Of a stretch of DNA of 64,000 nt, positions 58,957 through 64,000 are shown in pieces. Made by a program: the position numbers and the translations under genes. The notes beneath the pieces were generated by a model. That model made no database searches. It worked only from the letters and a program-made list of their open reading frames with translations, and was not told where the DNA came from. Each line of letters opens with the position of its first letter. Position 1 is the stretch's first letter. This stretch comes from an uncultured Phycisphaerae bacterium (lineage in GTDB: Bacteria; Planctomycetota; Phycisphaerae; UBA1845; PWPN01), in the NCBI GenBank assembly GCA_938005315.1, contig CALLOB010000014.1, positions 3,705 to 67,704 on the forward strand, written 5' to 3'.

Positions 58957-59337
58957 ATGGCGACGATCGTGGTGGCCGAGGACGACGCCCACATCAGCCG
59001 GGTGGTCTGCATGTGGCTGGCCCAGAAGGGGCACCGGGTGCTGGAGGCCCACAACGGAGCCCGGGCGCTGGAGATCCTCCGCGGCCAGGCGATCGACATC
59101 CTGATCAGCGACGTGAACATGCCGGTGATGAACGGCATCGATCTGGTTATCACCGCGTGCCGCGAGCGGCTGGTGGGAACCGGTGTGATCCTGCTGTCCA
59201 GCCGCGCGGACCAGGCGGGAATCCGGCAGGCGCTGGCCGGTCAGAAGGTGACGCTCAGACCCAAGCCGTTCAGCCCTTCGGGGCTGGCCAGGGACGTCGA
59301 GCGGATGCTGGTGGAAGACAGCATGGCGGCCGGGTGA
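58957..59337 (+). CDS. Single-domain response regulator (REC only)
   Basis: GGAAGGAGG upstream. MATIVVAEDDAHI...ILISDVNMPVMNG...RPKPF. Confidence 0.85.
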   Translation: MATIVVAEDDAHISRVVCMWLAQKGHRVLEAHNGARALEILRGQAIDILISDVNMPVMNGIDLVITACRERLVGTGVILLSSRADQAGIRQALAGQKVTLRPKPFSPSGLARDVERMLVEDSMAAG

Positions 59338-59366
59338 GGCCGTTCGTCGGCGAGAAGGAACCGCGG

Positions 59367-60899
59367 ATGCCCAGCAGCGAGGTGATGGAACCCCGGACCG
59401 GTACCCCTGCGGAGGCCATTGTCTCCACCCGCGCCCTTCTGGAGGAGGTCCTCGGGGTGGAGGTGGGGGTCTTCTCGCGCGACGCCGCCGAGCCGGGGGC
59501 GACCTGCCGCCGGTTGTGCATTTCGGGCGACGGCCCGAACCGGCTGGCCGGGGCGTGTGTCCTCATCCGGCTGGCGGCCTCGGACGCCGCCGTGGCCGGC
59601 AGCGGGGTGCCCCGGATCTGCGAACGGGGCTTCGCGGTCAGCGTGCATGATGGAGAGGTTTCCAACCGCCGGGTGGTCCTGCTGGAGCGGGCCAGCGCGG
59701 GCCGCGGAGAGGGGTTGTCGATCGAGCGGCTCCGGGCGGCGGCCGGGCTCGTCGAGCGAAGCGAGCGGCTGGCGGATGAAAACCGCGGGCTGATCGCCGA
59801 GGTGCTCAGCGGTTACGAGCAGCTCAACGTGATTTTCGAGGTGACCCAGCAGTTCGGCCGGGCCCGCGACGCCGCGGAGGTCAAGCACTTCCTGGTGCGG
59901 CGGCTGGCCGAATCCCTCAACTGCGACTGGGGCGTCTGCCTCTCGGAGGCCGACGGCGTGCTGTGGTGGTCCAACGAGCAGGACATCGATCGCGACCGCT
60001 GCGTGGCGGAGATCCGCGGTCGGCACGCCGACGCCGTGGAGGAGGTGTTCGGCCAGCAGTCGATCGTCGCGCGGAACGCGGACAGCGCGTCCGGCCCTCA
60101 CGGATCGCGTCTGCTGTTCTGCCCGCTGGGAGCCAGCGACGAGCGTACCGACCTGGTGGTCTTCTCGCGGGGCGGCGATCGCCCGGACTTCACGTCGGGC
60201 GAGATCCGGATGGTGGACTCGGTTCTGCAGCACGGTCAGCAGGTGATCTTCAACCTCCGGCTCAACGATCGCCTGCGGACCATGGCCTACGGCGCCGTGC
60301 AGGCCCTGGTCAGCGCGATCGAGAAGAAGGACGACTACACCAGCGGCCACTCGGAGCGGGTCGGGCTGCTGTCGCGGCTGATCGGCGAGGAGATGAAGCT
60401 TCCCCCCGAGCAGCTGCAGGATCTGGAGTGGGCCGGCCTGCTGCACGACGTCGGCAAGATCGGCATTCCCGATGGGGTGCTGACCAAGCCGGGCTCGCTG
60501 ACGCCGGAGGAGTTCGCCCAGATCAAGGGCCATGCCCGGATGAGTTACGACATCGTCGCTCCGATCGAGGCCTTCGCCACGGTCCGCGACGTGGTGCTGT
60601 ACCATCACGAGGTGCCCGACGGCACCGGCTACCCCGAGGGCCTTCGCGGCGATCAGATTCCGCTGCTGGCCCGCATTGTGCACGTCGCCGACACATTCGA
60701 CGCCCTGACATCCACACGGTCGTACCGTCAGGCGTTTCCCATCGCCCGGGCCCTGGAGATCATGCGGCGCGAGAAGCACACCAAGCTGGACGCCCAGGTG
60801 GTGGACGCCTTCGAGCGGGCCCTTCAGCGGTACCAGGCTGCACACCCGGATGCGTTTCACGCGACATTCCAGCATGCGCTGGAGGAGGCGACGCCATGA
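59367..60899 (+). CDS. HD-GYP c-di-GMP phosphodiesterase with GAF-like N-terminal region
   Basis: TSGHSERVG...LLHDVGKIGIP...YHHEVPDGTGYPEGL...HVADTFDALTSTRSYR (complete HD and GYP signatures). Confidence 0.85.
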   Translation: MPSSEVMEPRTGTPAEAIVSTRALLEEVLGVEVGVFSRDAAEPGATCRRLCISGDGPNRLAGACVLIRLAASDAAVAGSGVPRICERGFAVSVHDGEVSNRRVVLLERASAGRGEGLSIERLRAAAGLVERSERLADENRGLIAEVLSGYEQLNVIFEVTQQFGRARDAAEVKHFLVRRLAESLNCDWGVCLSEADGVLWWSNEQDIDRDRCVAEIRGRHADAVEEVFGQQSIVARNADSASGPHGSRLLFCPLGASDERTDLVVFSRGGDRPDFTSGEIRMVDSVLQHGQQVIFNLRLNDRLRTMAYGAVQALVSAIEKKDDYTSGHSERVGLLSRLIGEEMKLPPEQLQDLEWAGLLHDVGKIGIPDGVLTKPGSLTPEEFAQIKGHARMSYDIVAPIEAFATVRDVVLYHHEVPDGTGYPEGLRGDQIPLLARIVHVADTFDALTSTRSYRQAFPIARALEIMRREKHTKLDAQVVDAFERALQRYQAAHPDAFHATFQHALEEATP

Positions 60900-62341
60900 G
60901 TCACGCCGCCGGCGGCGAATCGAAAACGACGCATCCGGTGCTGATCGGTTCGGCCGGAGCCATCGGCGCGGTGACGCTGCTGAGTCTGGGCGACCAGAAC
61001 CCGGCATTCTTCCAGCTGGGGACGGTGGTGCTGACCCTTTCGCTGGTGCCGTTGTCAATCGGGCTGAACCGCCGCTGTGGGGCGATGCTGGGGCTGCTCT
61101 TCGGCGTGGTCTGGGCCGCGACCCGCCACGTGATGATCGAGGATACCGGCGGCTGGGTGCTGCTTTCGCCGATCAGCCTGCTGGCGATGGGCTCGCTGAC
61201 CGCGCTGGGTTCGCTGGCCGGGTCGGTGCTCGAGTCCGGGCCCGACCCCGCGTCCCCGGAAGGCGTGGTCGCAGACGGGACCGGCTTCGCGACCCGTACG
61301 CGGCGGGCCTCCGGCCGCGAGCGGCCCGAGATCGTCTCGGCCGTGCAGGCGATCCTGGCGGGCAACCGGGACTGGCTCCTGCAATGGGACCAGCAGGGCG
61401 ACCCATGGGTCTCGTTCGACAACCACGTCCGGCAGTGGATTCATACGGCCACCGGCGCGCGGCGGGTGCGCTGCTTCAGGCTCGACGAGCACGGACGGCC
61501 GACGCCCATGAACCGCTCGACCGCCGACCAAGCCGCGAGACCGTCGAATGAGGCCCTGGTCGCTCACGTCCTGGCCCACAACCGCCGCTACGTGGCCGAC
61601 GGCCCCGGCTCGGGTCCGCTGCTGCGGGAGCTGGCCGAGCGGAGCGGCGGCTCGCCGGCGTGGATCGTGCCGATCCGCGACCGCGAGGGCCCGATCGGAG
61701 TCATGACCGCCGAAGAACTGCCCGCGGGTGCCGACCAGGACCGGCTCGAGCTGGTCGCCGACCTGCTGGAGGCCCTCTGGCTGCACGTGCATCACGCCAA
61801 CCAGCTGCGCACCGCGTGGCTGCTCGACCGGGCCTCGGGGGTCCTGAACCGCGGCGAGTTCCTGGGGCTGCTGGAGGAGACCGTGGCTGCCGGGCATGAG
61901 CTGCGCGAGCCGGTGGTGGTGATGGCGGTGAGCATCGAGGGCCTGCGCGGGCTGGACGACACCGGCCAATGGCAGGTGCGCGACGAGGTGGTGTGTGCCG
62001 TGGGGCAGGCCATCCGCAACGGCCTGCGGAAGGACGACGCGGTCGGGAGGTTCAGCGACGCCCAGTTCGTCGCCGTGATGCGCAGGCTCGACGCGGGTCT
62101 GGCCGAGCTCATCGCCCAGAAGATCGTGGGCGCGATCCAGGACATCATCGCCCGGCTGGACGCGCGAACGCCGCTGCAGCTCCGCGCCGGCCTGGCCGGA
62201 ACCGGTTTCGAGAAGATCGAGCCGGAGGAACTGTTGCGGCAGGCGATGGCCGCCCAGCAGCGCGCCCGGCGCGAAAACGTGCCGATCAGGATCGCACCGG
62301 CCCGCGGGCGGGGCGAGGCGGTGGAGGTGGCCCGGCGGTGA
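60896..62341 (+). CDS. 4-TM / GAF-like / degenerate GGDEF protein (RxxD I-site retained)
   Basis: ATGA overlap. GGDEF-fold region LLDRASGVLNRGEF...VVMAVSIEGLRGLDD. The active-site position reads RKDDAVGRFSDAQF (62027..62068), so GGDEF has become SDAQ while RxxD sits at the canonical 5-aa distance. Confidence 0.75.
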   Translation: MSHAAGGESKTTHPVLIGSAGAIGAVTLLSLGDQNPAFFQLGTVVLTLSLVPLSIGLNRRCGAMLGLLFGVVWAATRHVMIEDTGGWVLLSPISLLAMGSLTALGSLAGSVLESGPDPASPEGVVADGTGFATRTRRASGRERPEIVSAVQAILAGNRDWLLQWDQQGDPWVSFDNHVRQWIHTATGARRVRCFRLDEHGRPTPMNRSTADQAARPSNEALVAHVLAHNRRYVADGPGSGPLLRELAERSGGSPAWIVPIRDREGPIGVMTAEELPAGADQDRLELVADLLEALWLHVHHANQLRTAWLLDRASGVLNRGEFLGLLEETVAAGHELREPVVVMAVSIEGLRGLDDTGQWQVRDEVVCAVGQAIRNGLRKDDAVGRFSDAQFVAVMRRLDAGLAELIAQKIVGAIQDIIARLDARTPLQLRAGLAGTGFEKIEPEELLRQAMAAQQRARRENVPIRIAPARGRGEAVEVARR

Positions 62342-62673
62342 AGGTCAACCGTTACGAGCTGGCCGGCGTGCCGGTGGTGTGTCCCCGGGAGGCCCTGACG
62401 CAGGCGGATTGCGCGCAGGTCCGGGCCGCCCTCGAGGAGGCCTTCGGGGGCGGGCAGGCGGCGGTGGTGCTGGACCTCGCGGAGGTGGCCTTCATCGACA
62501 GTGCCGGCCTGGAGATGCTGTGCGAGGTGTCGGCAGGGCAGCGCGCCCGCGGTGGTCGCCTCAAGCTGGCGGCCTGCGGCGAGATCTGCGAGGAAGCCCT
62601 CCGGATCACCGACCTGCGGGGCCGGTTCGAGCTGTTCGCCTCGCCGGAGGAGGCCGCGGCGAGCGTGGTGTGA
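62338..62673 (+). CDS. STAS-domain protein (anti-sigma-factor-antagonist-like)
   Basis: GTGA overlap start. VVLDLAEVAFIDSAGLEMLCEV carries the conserved Ser. Confidence 0.7.
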   Translation: MKVNRYELAGVPVVCPREALTQADCAQVRAALEEAFGGGQAAVVLDLAEVAFIDSAGLEMLCEVSAGQRARGGRLKLAACGEICEEALRITDLRGRFELFASPEEAAASVV

Positions 62674-62675
62674 CC

Positions 62676-64000
62676 ATGGAAACGACCATCAAGACGCAGG
62701 AACGCCTGGGAACCCTCCTGCTCCGCTCCGGGGCGATCACGGAGGAGGATCTCAAGGCGGCGCTGAAGCTCCAGCGTCAGGACCGCGGCCGGCTGGGCGA
62801 GACCCTGATCGAGATGGGCGTGCTCTCGCCGCAGACGCTGCTGGACATCCTGGCCAGGCGTCTGGGGGTCAAGGGCTGTCTGTTGCGGCACGGGCTGGTG
62901 GACCCCGCGCTGCGCGACCTGATCGACCGCGACGAGGCCCGGCGGTTGAAGGTGCTGCCGCTGTTCAAGGTTCACAACCGGCTCACCGTCGCGATGGTCG
63001 AGCCGCAGCGTCTGCCGGTGATCGACCGCCTGGCGGCCCTGACCGGCTGTGAGATCAACCCGGTGCTGGTGCTGGAGCGCAACTACGCGGAGTTCGCCGA
63101 TCGCTACCTCTCGGAGGAAGTGTCGGTGGACTCGTTCCTGCTCAGCCTGAAGGAACAGAACGTCGAGTTCGTCAACAAGGAGACGGTGGACGACGACGTG
63201 CTGACCGACCTGTCGCGCACCGACAGCAGCCCGGTGGTGAACCTGGTCAACCTCTCGCTGCTGACGGCGATCCGCGACCGGGCCAGCGACGTGCACATCG
63301 AGCCGGACCGCAAGCATATGCGCGTCCGCTACCGTATCGACGGCGTGCTTCGCGAGCTGCTGACCGCCCCGCTGGCCATGCACGCGGGCGTGACCTCGCG
63401 CATCAAGGTCCTGGCCAAGATGGACATCGCCGAGAAGCGGTTGCCGCAGGAGGGACGCGTGCGGATCATCGCCGAGGGGCGCGACGTCGATCTCCGCGTC
63501 TCGACGATGCCGACGCTGCTGGGCGAGAAGGTGGTCGTGCGGCTCCTGGACCGCCAGAACCTCAATCTGGACATGGCCGGGCTGGGACTGCGCGACGCGG
63601 CGCTGGAGAAGTTCCGCCGGATGCTGCTGCGTCCCCACGGCCTGGTGCTGGTCACCGGACCGACCGGCAGCGGCAAGACCACCACGCTGTACTCCGCGCT
63701 GGATCTGCTGCGTTCCATGACGATCAACATCGTGACCGTCGAGGATCCCGTCGAGTACCAGCTGGACATGATCAACCAGATCAACGTCCAGGAGCACATC
63801 GGCCTGACCTTCAGCCGGGCGCTGCGTTCGATCCTGCGGCAGGACCCCGACGTGATCATGGTCGGCGAGATCCGCGACACCGACACCGCCCGCGTGGCCG
63901 TCCAAGCGGCGCTCACTGGCCATCTGGTGCTCAGCACGCTGCACACCAAGGACTGCGTGGGCGCCCTGGCCCGGCTGACGGACATGGGCACAGAGCCTTA
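62676..64000 (+). CDS. GspE/PilB/MshE-family secretion ATPase with tandem MshEN-type motifs; 3' end outside the window
   Basis: Not in the ORF track because no stop lies in the window; I translated it by hand from ATG 62676. METTIKTQERLGTLLLRSGAITEEDLKAALKLQRQDRGRLGETLIEMGVLSPQTLLDILARR...ASDVHIEP...LPQEGR...LVTGPTGSGKTTTLYS...VEDPVEY...QDPDVIMVGEIRD...TGHLVLSTLHT. Confidence 0.9.
   Translation, partial: METTIKTQERLGTLLLRSGAITEEDLKAALKLQRQDRGRLGETLIEMGVLSPQTLLDILARRLGVKGCLLRHGLVDPALRDLIDRDEARRLKVLPLFKVHNRLTVAMVEPQRLPVIDRLAALTGCEINPVLVLERNYAEFADRYLSEEVSVDSFLLSLKEQNVEFVNKETVDDDVLTDLSRTDSSPVVNLVNLSLLTAIRDRASDVHIEPDRKHMRVRYRIDGVLRELLTAPLAMHAGVTSRIKVLAKMDIAEKRLPQEGRVRIIAEGRDVDLRVSTMPTLLGEKVVVRLLDRQNLNLDMAGLGLRDAALEKFRRMLLRPHGLVLVTGPTGSGKTTTLYSALDLLRSMTINIVTVEDPVEYQLDMINQINVQEHIGLTFSRALRSILRQDPDVIMVGEIRDTDTARVAVQAALTGHLVLSTLHTKDCVGALARLTDMGTEP

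Overview
Very GC-rich bacterial chromosomal window (G+C judged by eye, not computed). The gene content suggests Planctomycetota: a BatA-N/vWA cluster, NPCBM, GHL10 plus dockerin-like modules, and a giant GspK-like protein. That placement is inference only. I call about 44 protein genes and one tRNA-Ala(GGC). I saw no rRNA, CRISPR array, transposase or integrase. Many long ORFs in the track are antisense shadows typical of high-GC DNA and are rejected. Housekeeping genes are ffh, lysA, trpF, nadD, sucD, nadA, an msrB-msrA fusion, an amidase, a class V aminotransferase and a Na+/solute symporter. Five regions deserve a second look. (1) 57.5-64 kb holds a tightly coupled operon: histidine kinase, REC, HD-GYP, degenerate GGDEF with intact I-site, STAS, then a GspE/PilB-type ATPase. 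The ATPase N-terminus carries two tandem MshEN-type c-di-GMP-binding motifs. An ExeA-like AAA+ protein fused to a ~900-aa coiled coil is transcribed divergently. (2) At 9.4-11.2 kb a membrane-anchored GspE-like protein has lost all nucleotide-hydrolysis motifs. It sits next to a CvpA-fusion protein and a 1358-aa GspK-like protein. (3) A ~186-187-bp tandem repeat, built from 20-nt hairpin modules (7-bp stem, 6-nt loop, compensatory stem substitutions), flanks the tRNA-Ala gene on both sides. Diverged or solo copies lie in two other intergenic regions. (4) At 27.0-30.6 kb a papain-like peptidase, a RimK-type ATP-grasp and a GCS2 ligase form a triad predicted to make or modify a peptide. (5) At 16.5-26.9 kb a six-gene Bat-like envelope cluster lacks the usual MoxR/DUF58 partners and ends in an NPCBM protein. 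The window is unusually dense in c-di-GMP components: one active GGDEF, one HD-GYP, one degenerate GGDEF, two PilZ and one MshEN-type ATPase. All family assignments come from motif recognition in the translations. No database search was run.
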